A program made the translations under genes and the position numbers. This document shows positions 19,601 through 28,209 of a stretch of DNA of 64,000 bases, in pieces. How positions within the stretch are numbered: the first letter of the stretch is position 1; each line of letters opens with the position of its first letter. Source of the stretch: an uncultured bacterium (GTDB lineage: Bacteria; Zixibacteria; MSB-5A5; JAABVY01; JAHJOQ01); contig CBDUQR010000004.1 in assembly GCA_965369655.1 (NCBI GenBank), positions 7,951 to 71,950 on the forward strand, in the 5' to 3' direction. The notes below the pieces were generated by a model. That model was given only the letters and a program-made list of their open reading frames with translations. It was not told the origin of the DNA and searched no databases.

Positions 19601-20338
19601 GACGAACATCGTGCAGAGCAATGCTGGCACGGATTCATCGGCTGGGGAACACCGCCTTTCGAGTTACTGAAACACCTTAAGCCGCTGTATGAGCAAGCCA
19701 CCGAGAAGTTTCCTCCTGAGGCTTCCAGACTACGTGAGCATCTAATGCAACACTTGGCCTTCATGGCGCTTTCTCTTGAGAATCCGCTTCAGGACAAATG
19801 GTTGCTTCGAGTGAGAAGCCATATGATTCAGGAAGGCGATCTGCTAAAGTGGACTCACAGATTCAGATTCGTATTGATCGACATCCCTGACAACCAGAAG
19901 AAAGCAATATGGGATAGGTGGCTCTGTCAGTATTGGAAGGATCGTACAGAAGGTATATTCGGACGATTCGTTGAAGAGGAAGCCGCAGGAATGCTCAGTT
20001 GGGCACTCGAGCTTGGTCCTGTAATTGGAGAAGTTGTCAATGTTATTTGTAATTCTGATCCTGTAGATGTAGGTAGTACTTCTATTTACATCGAATTGGT
20101 CGAGAGTAGACTTGCAGAGAAGTACCCGGATCCCACAGCCGATCTTCTTCATCATCTTGCCAAGGGGCACAAGCATCCTCTTCCTGCGCAGGAATCCTAC
20201 ATGTGCCACGAGATGTCGGAACTTGTGAAAGAGCTTCATAAGCACGGCGCGTCAATTGATAAGCTCAAAGCAATTTGCGAAGAACTCGCAAAACTTGGAT
20301 GCACAGAAGCCCCTGATCCACATGATTCCCTAAAGTAG
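16658..20338 (+). CDS. SIR2-domain protein, 1226 aa: candidate defense-associated sirtuin (DSR-like NADase with large helical C-terminal region)
   Basis: N-terminus LVVFVGAGVSMPPP, TTNFDSHL, GIVYLHGRAD (SIR2-like Rossmann, Asn and His context). ~900-aa Trp-rich helical remainder, AT-richer than flanks. Hairpin terminator at 20343-20370. Confidence 0.7.
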   Translation: MSETSDFLPPKIPYELKKAQQDGKLVVFVGAGVSMPPPSSLPDFNDLAKKLKDKLGPSFKKRARSESIDQFIGRMVDENHDVRKWVRDIFLSEKSKPNKQHANLIKLFTQPKDVKIVTTNFDSHLSTAARAKFEDSNDINEYLAPALPLGREFSGIVYLHGRADRGANELVLTDRDFGKAYLADGWARRFMLALFRHYHVLFVGYSHEDSVLRYLARGLFDKTQRFAFATEAKEDHWKRLGIKIIKYEQIKRKRKFKLVWEAISSWSNQTQWGLLDHERRITNIVSIVETTDPILSPHSNLTKEDARYLIDAIQQEHLLRLFCDKAKHTYWLEWLEQKEKNKEAEYDTNEQAWKERLEFSKLFSPTAEIGERERVLAWWFAKSFVGCDDQQGLIYLTQRGQTVNPALWDEIARVLAHGKKLPKPETYAKWLSVLMNTVPQHKHALDRILTSRNLNQNYWRGVLNLFQFLTTPRLELEDDYMGELIKGEKKVNANISMLGDKYCLDEAWKRILKPLLPTLSSELAVTFTGHFWRAHSLLVAAGKAGPMWNPVSFSRSAIEPHEQDSQMFGFELIIDYARDVIEFIIENDTRQADALIQIWISSKVPILARLAVHAMRKSIHVSFDDKLRWVLEWELIYKHLTKHEVFMLLEHAFPKAGQDMQLEVIERAKIGPHRDEGEDTEHAKLYEYEIYCLLYWLKKHAPKLHSAQQAFDEVQSRNKEFSPPDHPEFYKWSSGAILIEGFSPIDADELLLKPAAEQVEYLMNGGSESRHIFEREGLMGQVGIAARKNPSWGLDLAEVLRDRTEWKEDIWSSILNAWHKPPFNKEDWPRALGILGDVNILSNNRYTIGYILWHASEMKNIWTEATLHEAEAITERFWDIIGNDAPERTPADDWLFEAINHPAGQLTLFWLHLIERRAELAGHDPDTIPDKYKERFEAIISGTSYASQLGRVTLASQIRYAFSLDRQWTVDNLLPLLDWNKDEHRAEQCWHGFIGWGTPPFELLKHLKPLYEQATEKFPPEASRLREHLMQHLAFMALSLENPLQDKWLLRVRSHMIQEGDLLKWTHRFRFVLIDIPDNQKKAIWDRWLCQYWKDRTEGIFGRFVEEEAAGMLSWALELGPVIGEVVNVICNSDPVDVGSTSIYIELVESRLAEKYPDPTADLLHHLAKGHKHPLPAQESYMCHEMSELVKELHKHGASIDKLKAICEELAKLGCTEAPDPHDSLK

Positions 20339-20342
20339 AAAA

Positions 20343-20370
20343 TCAGATTGACTCCCACACTCAATCTGTT
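20343..20370 (+). terminator. hairpin followed by a T-rich tract after the SIR2-domain gene
   Basis: cagattga-ctcccacac-tcaatctg followed by tttaatt. Confidence 0.4.
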
Positions 20371-20398
20371 TAATTGCTCTCTTCACAGGAGGGACTTC

Positions 20399-22657
20399 AT
20401 GGAAGAGCCGAAAGTCGATCTGCAGCTTGCTCTCGATCATGGGCTGTCGGAAGAGGAATACAATCGGATTCTTGATACACTCGGGCGCACGCCGACCTAC
20501 ACTGAGCTTGGGATATTCTCGGTCATGTGGTCGGAGCATTGTTCCTACAAGAATTCTATCGCCCTGCTGAAAACACTTCCGCGCGAGGGATCGACTCTCC
20601 TTACAATGGCGGGCGAGGAAAATGCCGGTGCGGTCGATATCGGCAACGGTTTCGCGATCGTGTTCAAAATCGAATCGCACAACCATCCGACCGCAGTCGA
20701 ACCATATCAGGCAGCAGCAACAGGCGTCGGCGGAATTCTCCGCGACATATTCACTATGGGCGCGCGACCGATTGCCTGTCTCGACTCACTCAGATTCGGC
20801 AATCTCGAAGACCCGCGCTCGCGGTATCTTTTCAATGGCGCAGTCAAAGGCATCGGCGATTACGGCAATTCGTTCGGCGTACCGACTGTCGGCGGCGAGG
20901 TCTATTTCGAGCAATGTTATCAAAGCAACCCGCTCGTCAATCCAATGGCTGTCGGCATCGTGAAGACCGACGGCATCATCAGCGCGACAGCCAAAGGTGC
21001 GGGCAACCCGGTCTATATCGTCGGATCATCGACCGGCCGCGACGGCATCCATGGCGCAACATTCGCATCCGAGGAACTCTCCGAGGAATCTCAATCCAAA
21101 CGCCCATCGGTACAGATCGGCGATCCGTTTACCGAGAAACTCCTGCTCGAAGCCACACTCGAAATCATCAAAGATGATCTGATCGTCGGCATACAGGATA
21201 TGGGCGCGGCGGGAATCACCTGCTGTTCGACCGAGATGGCCGCTCGCGGCAAATCCGGCATGGAGATCGAACTCTCGAAAGTGCCCGTGCGCGAGGAGAA
21301 AATGACGCCGTACGAAATCATGCTCTCCGAATCGCAGGAAAGGATGATGGTGGTCGTCAAGAAGGGCTGCGAATCCAAAGTCGACGAGATATTCAGGAAG
21401 TGGGGGCTTCACGCTGTCGAGATCGGTCATGTAATCGATGAGGACAGAGTGATCGTGCACAACAATGGCAAAGTCGTGGCCGATGTACCGGCTGATATTC
21501 TCGTCCTCGGCGGAGGCGCACCAGTCTATCACAGGGAGACTCGGAGACCAGCATATATCGACGAGTTACGCGAACTCGATCTGGCTGACATCCCCATCCC
21601 GGTCGATCTGAATGCCGCTCTCCTGAGTGTCATCGGTTCTCAGTGCATGGCCGACACGAGCTGGATATACCGGCAGTATGACCACATGGTGCGAACCAAT
21701 ACGGCTGTCCAGCCCGGGTCCGATGCCGCAGTAATCAGGATCAGAAAGACGAACATGGCGATCGCCCTTACAACCGACTGCAACGGCAGATACTGCTATT
21801 TGAATCCGAGACGGGGTGCGATGATTGCCGTGGCCGAAGCTGCGCGAAACATCACGGCATCAGGCGGCAGACCAGCGGCTATAACGAATTGTCTGAACTT
21901 CGGCAATCCAAACAAGCCGGAGATGTACTGGAGTTTCACCGAAGCCGTAGCAGGCATGGGCGAGGCATGCCGCGTGTTCGATACGCCTGTCACCGGCGGC
22001 AATGTGTCGTTCTACAACGAGGACAAGATGACAAAGCGAGCAGTCTATCCGACACCGGTCATCGGGATGCTTGGAATCATAGATGATGTCTCTCATATCA
22101 CCACGCAGTATTTCAAAGACGAAGGCGATGCAATTCTACTCGTCGGTGAAACGACCGGGGAACTCGGCGGATCGGAGTATCTGAAGGTCGTTCACGATAA
22201 AGTCCGGGGTGACTGTCCTGCTATCGATCTGTCGCTCGAAAAAAAGACACAGGACGCGGTCCGAGGACTCGTAACATCAGGGCTTATCAAATCATGCCAC
22301 GATATCTCCGAAGGCGGGCTGGCAATAGCATTAGCCGAATGTTGCATCACGGACAGGGAGAATCAGATTGGATGTGAGGTCTCAATCGAGACAGAACTGC
22401 GACCTGATGTTATGCTGTTCAGCGAGTCCCAATCCCGATTTGTGATCGGCGTTGCGGAGGATGATGTTCAGGAAGTTATATCTCAACTCGGTCGCAGCGA
22501 AATCCCAGTCCGAAAAATAGGACGGGTCGGCGGAGTGAGGTTGGTAATCGATTCACTCATCGACTGCGCACTCGAACAGCTCGGCGAAGCATACTTCAGC
22601 ACACTCTATCGCTATATGGACTCACAATCTTGCAGGTCAAGCGGCCTGCCCGCTTGA
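20399..22657 (+). CDS. purL: phosphoribosylformylglycinamidine synthase subunit PurL (FGAM synthase II)
   Basis: Start chosen at MEEPKVDLQLALDHGLSEEEY (GGAGGG sits 5 nt upstream of the ATG at 20399); classic PurL motifs (ESHNHPTAVEPYQAAATGVGGILRD, tandem AIRS domains). Confidence 0.92.
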   Translation: MEEPKVDLQLALDHGLSEEEYNRILDTLGRTPTYTELGIFSVMWSEHCSYKNSIALLKTLPREGSTLLTMAGEENAGAVDIGNGFAIVFKIESHNHPTAVEPYQAAATGVGGILRDIFTMGARPIACLDSLRFGNLEDPRSRYLFNGAVKGIGDYGNSFGVPTVGGEVYFEQCYQSNPLVNPMAVGIVKTDGIISATAKGAGNPVYIVGSSTGRDGIHGATFASEELSEESQSKRPSVQIGDPFTEKLLLEATLEIIKDDLIVGIQDMGAAGITCCSTEMAARGKSGMEIELSKVPVREEKMTPYEIMLSESQERMMVVVKKGCESKVDEIFRKWGLHAVEIGHVIDEDRVIVHNNGKVVADVPADILVLGGGAPVYHRETRRPAYIDELRELDLADIPIPVDLNAALLSVIGSQCMADTSWIYRQYDHMVRTNTAVQPGSDAAVIRIRKTNMAIALTTDCNGRYCYLNPRRGAMIAVAEAARNITASGGRPAAITNCLNFGNPNKPEMYWSFTEAVAGMGEACRVFDTPVTGGNVSFYNEDKMTKRAVYPTPVIGMLGIIDDVSHITTQYFKDEGDAILLVGETTGELGGSEYLKVVHDKVRGDCPAIDLSLEKKTQDAVRGLVTSGLIKSCHDISEGGLAIALAECCITDRENQIGCEVSIETELRPDVMLFSESQSRFVIGVAEDDVQEVISQLGRSEIPVRKIGRVGGVRLVIDSLIDCALEQLGEAYFSTLYRYMDSQSCRSSGLPA

Positions 22658-22658
22658 C

Positions 22659-22875
22659 ATTTCTTCAACCGTCAAGCGCCCTTCGCAAGTCTCAGGACAG
22701 ACGAGCGCGTTAGACCTACGAAGGCTGAGATTGCCGCGCTTCGCTCGCAATGACGGCAGTCGATCATGACTCTCGTGTTCGTCGGGACTGTGACTCTGAT
22801 ACAACACGCAGAGGCACAGCCTCTGCGTGCACAGATATACCAATGTCATTCCTGTGCAAACCGGAATCTAGGAGA
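22659..22875. repeat. cluster of REP-like modules downstream of purL (cccttcgcaagtctcaggac; gtcattcctgtgcaaaccggaatc)
   Basis: Same module families as at 5471-5600, 15296-15420, 35160-35262 and 43895-43965. Confidence 0.5.
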
Positions 22876-23105
22876 AGATGGTTCCCGGCTTTCGGGCATG
22901 TTGAAAAAGTCCTTTAGATCAGCGTTGAATAGTGTTGATTGTGGTTATACAAACAAAACGAGAGCAATATCAACAGTCGAGGTCGAAACCCTTACCTGTC
23001 CTGAGCCTGCGAAGGGCGGTTTCGACAATTCGCGCAAAACGCGAAAAGGAAAGAGTTGTCAAGTCTCTCCGTTCGCTTCGCGAACTCCGAGATTTGACCT
23101 ACTCA

Positions 23106-23251
23106 ACTAATCGGACGCTGAGGAGTCTGTCCAATGCCTAAGGAATGAATTCTAAACTCGGCGACCAACTATGTCGGCACATTGAGATAGAATACACTCA
23201 AACAGACAGTATACACGAACGCCGCCCGGATATGATTCAGGCGGCGTTTTG
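23106..23251 (+). repeat. 146-bp direct repeat, left copy; right copy at 24645-24790, ~93% identical. Each contains a rho-independent terminator (cgccgcccggatatgattcaggcggcgtttt)
   Basis: The two copies bracket the methyltransferase gene; the last 8 codons of the MTase (NRTLRSLSNA) lie inside the repeat. Confidence 0.9.
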
Positions 23252-23264
23252 ACTGGGATGTTCC

Positions 23265-23293
23265 TTGACTGCGAACGATGCTTCGCGTATTAT
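23265..23293 (+). promoter_or_regulatory. candidate sigma70-type promoter (TTGACT-17 nt-TATTAT) upstream of the methyltransferase
   Basis: ttgact gcgaacgatgcttcgcg tattat: near-consensus hexamers with 17-nt spacing, ~100 nt upstream of the ATG at 23397. Confidence 0.4.
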
Positions 23294-23396
23294 CCGATCA
23301 GGGAATGCTACGCTTCAGGCCTGCGGCTCTTTTCACGTAGAGCAAAGCGTGGCATATACCGCGTATGGGAATCTGTCATTTTGTTGACTGGGAATT

Positions 23397-24680
23397 TTGC
23401 ACTTGATGCGGACGAATCACAGAATAGTATTCGGTGACGCACGAAGAATGTCCCTCCTGGAATCTCGGAGTGTCCACTTAGTTGTTACCTCTCCGCCTTA
23501 CTGGCAGCTAAAGGACTATGGCACAAGTGAGCAAATTGGATTCGATAACTCCTACGAGGATTATGTTAACAATCTTAACTTAGTGTGGAGAGAATGCCAC
23601 CGGGTTTTGCATGACGGTTGCAAACTCTGCGTCAATATCGGAGATCAGTTTGCCCGCTCAGTCTACTATGGAAGGTACAAGATCATTCCTATCAGAACGG
23701 AGATAATCAGGTTTTGCGAGACAATCGGTTTCGATTTCATGGGGTCGATTATCTGGCAGAAAGTGACTACCTGCAACACAACAGGCGGCGCGACCATCAT
23801 GGGATCATTTCCCTATCCCAGAAACGGTATTGTCAAGATAGACTATGAGTTCATTCTTCTGTTCAAGAAACAGGGCACCCCCCCTCGTGTCACACCGGAA
23901 GTGAAGGAGAAATCGAGATTGACGAAAGAGGAGTGGAACACTTTCTTCAACGGCCACTGGAATTTCCCCGGCGAAAAACAGTCAAACCATTTGGCAATGT
24001 TCCCGGAAGAACTGCCGAGGCGTCTCATCAAGATGTTCAGCTTTGTAGGAGAACGCGTGCTTGACCCGTTTCTCGGGAGCGGAACGACCACACTTGCCGC
24101 CATGAATCTGGAGCGAGATTCGGTGGGTTATGAGATGTCTACCGATTTCAAGAATATAATCGCTACAAAATTGCAGCAGGGGAGTGATCTGTTCAAGAAA
24201 GTCGATGTCGACTATCTTGAGGATACCTCTCGGCCTGAGGAAAACGATTGGGAATCATTGCCGTATCTTTTCCGTGATCCCCTGAAGTTAGACAAGAAAG
24301 TTGATCCCAGAAAACTGTTGTTCGGTTCCAGGATAAACAGTGAATCCAAAAGTGAAAGACAGTATTATTCTGTTAAGGAAATCCTATCGCCGGATGAACT
24401 GATGTTGGACAGTGGGCTCACTATCAAGCTGCTTGGAATACAACCAGTAAATGGGCTTGAATCCGAAGCAATAAAGTACCTGGAGGATGCTGTCAAGGGG
24501 AAAAAGGTCTCTCTGAAGTTCGATCGAGTCAGGTACGATGATTCCAAACGACTTCTTGTCTATCTTTATCTCAAGAACAGGACATTCATTAATGCTCACC
24601 TGGTCAAACGAGGCTTTGCCGAAGTGGACAGCACGCTGGACATTACTAATCGGACACTGAGGAGTCTGTCCAATGCCTAA
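23397..24680 (+). CDS. DNA methyltransferase, beta class (N4-cytosine or N6-adenine), with C-terminal SNase/thermonuclease-like OB-fold domain
   Basis: Motif IV TSPPY precedes motif I DPFLGSGTT (beta-class order); C-terminal ~130 aa (IKLLGIQPVNGLESEAIKYLEDAVKGKKVSLKFDRVRYDDSKRLLVYLY...AHLVKRGFA) resembles the SNase fold but the Ca/catalytic residues are not obvious. Confidence 0.8.
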   Translation: MHLMRTNHRIVFGDARRMSLLESRSVHLVVTSPPYWQLKDYGTSEQIGFDNSYEDYVNNLNLVWRECHRVLHDGCKLCVNIGDQFARSVYYGRYKIIPIRTEIIRFCETIGFDFMGSIIWQKVTTCNTTGGATIMGSFPYPRNGIVKIDYEFILLFKKQGTPPRVTPEVKEKSRLTKEEWNTFFNGHWNFPGEKQSNHLAMFPEELPRRLIKMFSFVGERVLDPFLGSGTTTLAAMNLERDSVGYEMSTDFKNIIATKLQQGSDLFKKVDVDYLEDTSRPEENDWESLPYLFRDPLKLDKKVDPRKLLFGSRINSESKSERQYYSVKEILSPDELMLDSGLTIKLLGIQPVNGLESEAIKYLEDAVKGKKVSLKFDRVRYDDSKRLLVYLYLKNRTFINAHLVKRGFAEVDSTLDITNRTLRSLSNA

Positions 24681-24790
24681 GGAATGGATTCTAAACTCGG
24701 CGACCAACTATGTCGGCACATTGAGATAGACAATACTCTGAGAGTCAGCATACACGAACGCCGCCCGGATATGATTCAGGAGGCGTTTTG
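24645..24790 (+). repeat. 146-bp direct repeat, right copy (includes the terminator hairpin at 24758-24793)
   Basis: See the left copy at 23106-23251. Confidence 0.9.
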
Positions 24791-24820
24791 TTTATTCAGT
24801 AGCTATCAAGCAGTAAATTC

Positions 24821-26620
24821 CTACACGGAATCCGGATAGACTGATCGCCTAAGGATATTTTGACACTCATCCAAGGCATCTCCTGATTTGTCATAGAGTT
24901 TGTCAAGTAGGAGTCCCCACCCGCCAATCTGTGAATCTTTATCAGTCCCAAGTCTTTCGAGCAACTTATCGATGGAAATATCCCTGTGATCATTTGCTTT
25001 TCTCAGATCATGCAGAATATACAGGGCGTTTAGAGGGTTGGGAAGTTGTTCATCGTTCTTAAGTTGAGATATTCTTTCACTTACTGATTCTTCGATATCT
25101 TTAGTGTCAGTGAAAGCGCTTAGGCCTCGTTCGTCTGCAACAAGGCATATCTGGACTAAATAGTTCAACAGTTTGAGAGATTTCTTCCCTTTGATTCGAT
25201 TTCCATCAACATTCAAGGCCAAAAGCAGTTTGCGGAGTGTTTTCTCCTTTAGACCTTCAACTAACACCTTATTGAGGATATTGCATCTCGCAAGGAATCC
25301 TGATTCACTCAATTCCAATGGTATGTGACTGGCTACTTTGCCAGCATACTTTTGAGTCCACCATCCTTCATAATCTAATCTCTTATGGTCAATACTGACG
25401 AAATCCTCAGTGGATGACGTTTCCTCCATAACTCCCTTGGAGATTTCAGTTAGATACTGTCCCAATTTTACTAACCCAATGTACAGACGTTCCGCGCGGA
25501 TTGCGATGTTCGGTTCTTTGCTAAGTACTGAAATGTCGCCTTTTGGTGGATCGACAGCGAACTCATTCCAGTGACGAACCACATCAGAAGGCAGACATTC
25601 GTAAAGCTTTCGCAATTCAGCTTGAATGAGATTGCGCCCTATCCGGTGGCAACGGTCAAAACCCCATTGTCCTTTGTAATACACTGCGCCGATGTCCGGA
25701 AGAATCTTATATAGGTCGGGCTCGGCTTCATAGTCTTCTAGCACTTCATCGCTCACATAGACTTGAGGCATTAGCATTTGCCCAGCTCTGTCCTTTGACA
25801 CTGGCCCACTAATACCCGGCCAATGCAGTGAGCCATAGTCGTCAGTAGCAAACGACACTGGTTTACTGCCAGGCTCAACTAGTAGCCTGACACCATTGAT
25901 CTCGATATGGACTAAGCGGGGGTTGTTGTCTATTCGATGCAGATAAATGGTTCTGCCGGGAAAGACAAGTTTTCCACTTGGATTGATGTCCAATGCTCGT
26001 TTGATATCTTCAGTCATTTCATATTCTCTACTATCCAAGTAGACTTGCACAAGTGATCGATGACGAATCGTGGCGTACTCCTGCAGATAGTCGCGGTGTA
26101 TTTCAATCCACGCTGGGGATTGCAGTCCATACTTATATACTGACACAGATTTGCAGGTTATTACTTTGAACATTGATCTTGAGGCATCGTACCAGTGTAT
26201 TTCATCAGCCTTGCCATCCCTTCGAATTGTCCTTGGTACAAGGCCAAAGGCCGAAAGAAATCTGGGGTCAGGTATCATTACAGATTCGTTTGAACCTGCA
26301 TTCCACGCTGCAACAATTGATTCAAGCCCTTCTGATACTATGTCAGCAGCCCATATATAGAAGGAAGGCGGTATTTCTGTTGAGTCTGCAGACGGTACTC
26401 TGCTTCGTACTTCGTGACCGATACCGCCATCGAACTTTAAAAGTTCTGCGGTTAGGTCTGGGGAGACCAGAGCTGTGAATGTCTCACGCAGGCTGTACTC
26501 TTCAACAGGTTTTCGTATTTCAGCTACTGTCACTTGCTCATTCTCAAGTGGCCTTTCATTGCGAAGATGCTTTAGTGGTTCTGGCCACCAGTTTTCATCT
26601 AACTCATTGTGTTTCTGCAT
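24821..26620 (-). CDS. hypothetical protein, 599 aa, AT-rich, convergent with the methyltransferase; no Walker A and no recognisable nuclease motif
   Basis: Long uninterrupted ORF, weak SD (gagga) upstream of ATG 26620; composition differs from neighbours. Confidence 0.6.
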   Translation of the reverse strand: MQKHNELDENWWPEPLKHLRNERPLENEQVTVAEIRKPVEEYSLRETFTALVSPDLTAELLKFDGGIGHEVRSRVPSADSTEIPPSFYIWAADIVSEGLESIVAAWNAGSNESVMIPDPRFLSAFGLVPRTIRRDGKADEIHWYDASRSMFKVITCKSVSVYKYGLQSPAWIEIHRDYLQEYATIRHRSLVQVYLDSREYEMTEDIKRALDINPSGKLVFPGRTIYLHRIDNNPRLVHIEINGVRLLVEPGSKPVSFATDDYGSLHWPGISGPVSKDRAGQMLMPQVYVSDEVLEDYEAEPDLYKILPDIGAVYYKGQWGFDRCHRIGRNLIQAELRKLYECLPSDVVRHWNEFAVDPPKGDISVLSKEPNIAIRAERLYIGLVKLGQYLTEISKGVMEETSSTEDFVSIDHKRLDYEGWWTQKYAGKVASHIPLELSESGFLARCNILNKVLVEGLKEKTLRKLLLALNVDGNRIKGKKSLKLLNYLVQICLVADERGLSAFTDTKDIEESVSERISQLKNDEQLPNPLNALYILHDLRKANDHRDISIDKLLERLGTDKDSQIGGWGLLLDKLYDKSGDALDECQNILRRSVYPDSV

Positions 26621-26941
26621 ACAACAATCCTCTGTCCAATATCACATCATAATACTAATACAGCTTAGTATGAAACATCTAATGAGAATAATACTCCGTT
26701 TTGCATGGAGGGTCAAGTCAGAGTCGAAGGATTTCGTGAAGTAATAGGCTGTAGACAACAGATATTTCGTTTGTCCTATCATGATCATCTTTGGCTCGCC
26801 AGAATATTTAATCCCCTCATTTGGATTGCTTCCCATACCGATTCCGTCTTGACGGATTTCGATTCTGTGTTATTGTAAGAGTAAGATACTTGCTTTTCAG
26901 AATTCTCTGAGAAATAAGGGCATTTAGTCGATAGAAAGGAT

Positions 26942-27838
26942 GTGATCATGTCTTCATCGAGAAACAACTATCCGATTCGCGCCTGCACCCTGCACCTGAT
27001 CCTTGCTGCAGGATTTGTGCTGACTCTGTCTGCAATGTCATCAGTGGCAGCCGATCCGATTCTAAATCTGTATGTTGAGGATACTCCGCTAACACCAAAA
27101 GATTCTTTTGTCACATTCGAGGTGATGATGAATGCGACCGAAGACTCCGTGGGGAGCTTCGAGATATGGTTACAGATGTCTCATCCGTTCATACTTCGGT
27201 TTGACATGGATGATCCTGTTGATACCACTGGCTCTATCTTCGACTGGGGGCTGAGTTGGACCGATTACGGTACTGACGGGAATCTAATCAAGATTCTCGG
27301 ATGGGACGGGGTGGATGGCACGCCGATAGCCCCGAGTGATATTCCGCAGTTGCTGTTTACCCTCAAGGCTGAAGTTATCGACACGATGGCTGACACGCTC
27401 TGTGGATTCACCGGAGAAGTAATCATCAATGTATGGACTTATTTCAACAAGACTACTTTCCCGTACCGGATTGGCTGGGATTTCTGGGAGGAATACGACA
27501 CCACATTCGAGAACTGTGTCGAATGGATTGGCGATTCGTGCATCGCATGGGCTGACACGATCGTGGATACAACAATGTATAATGAACCGAATATGGAGTT
27601 GCTCAACTACCAGGATGGCAGCTACACATTCATCTGTTTCATATGCGGCGACTGCGATAACTCCGGATTAGTCGATATCGATGATGCCGTCTATTTGATA
27701 ACATACATATTCGCTTCCGGTCCTCCTCCGGATCCGCTCGAGAAAGGCGATGTCGACTGGTCGGGTGCAGTTGATATTGATGATGTTGTCTATCTGATAA
27801 CATACATATTTGCCGGCGGACCACCGCCATGTGATTAG
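26942..27838 (+). CDS. secreted protein with C-terminal double dockerin-like repeat
   Basis: Signal peptide (LHLILAAGFVLTLSAMSSVAA); C-terminus GDCDNSGLVDIDDAVYLITYIFASGPPPDP...GDVDWSGAVDIDDVVYLITYIFAGGPPPCD. Confidence 0.75.
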   Translation: MIMSSSRNNYPIRACTLHLILAAGFVLTLSAMSSVAADPILNLYVEDTPLTPKDSFVTFEVMMNATEDSVGSFEIWLQMSHPFILRFDMDDPVDTTGSIFDWGLSWTDYGTDGNLIKILGWDGVDGTPIAPSDIPQLLFTLKAEVIDTMADTLCGFTGEVIINVWTYFNKTTFPYRIGWDFWEEYDTTFENCVEWIGDSCIAWADTIVDTTMYNEPNMELLNYQDGSYTFICFICGDCDNSGLVDIDDAVYLITYIFASGPPPDPLEKGDVDWSGAVDIDDVVYLITYIFAGGPPPCD

Positions 27839-28209
27839 TGAGCGACCGCTCAGTATGTAGCGTGCTTCAGGTCGGGAAGATAGAATATGGATCGAGATTG
27901 GTTTTCAGATATCTTTCGACGGGCGAATGGCTTTTGGGTGGTTCCCCCCATTTCGGGACGATTGACACTATTGAGTCGAGCAGCGCGCCGTCGAAATCTA
28001 TCATTTGCGATTCACTGACCAATCGCCAATGTCTCTTGAATCAATATGAGTCATTGTTCCGAGAGGACAGATTCTGAACATATTTTCCTGCGCAAGTGTC
28101 ACAGCTTTCACGACGTCAGATTCGCAGTCTGGAAAGATGATCGGCGAGCTGTCGTTTGTGTCAATCTTGTCGCTCGGAGATTCCTGCGTCAGAAGAGACC
28201 TGATATCGT

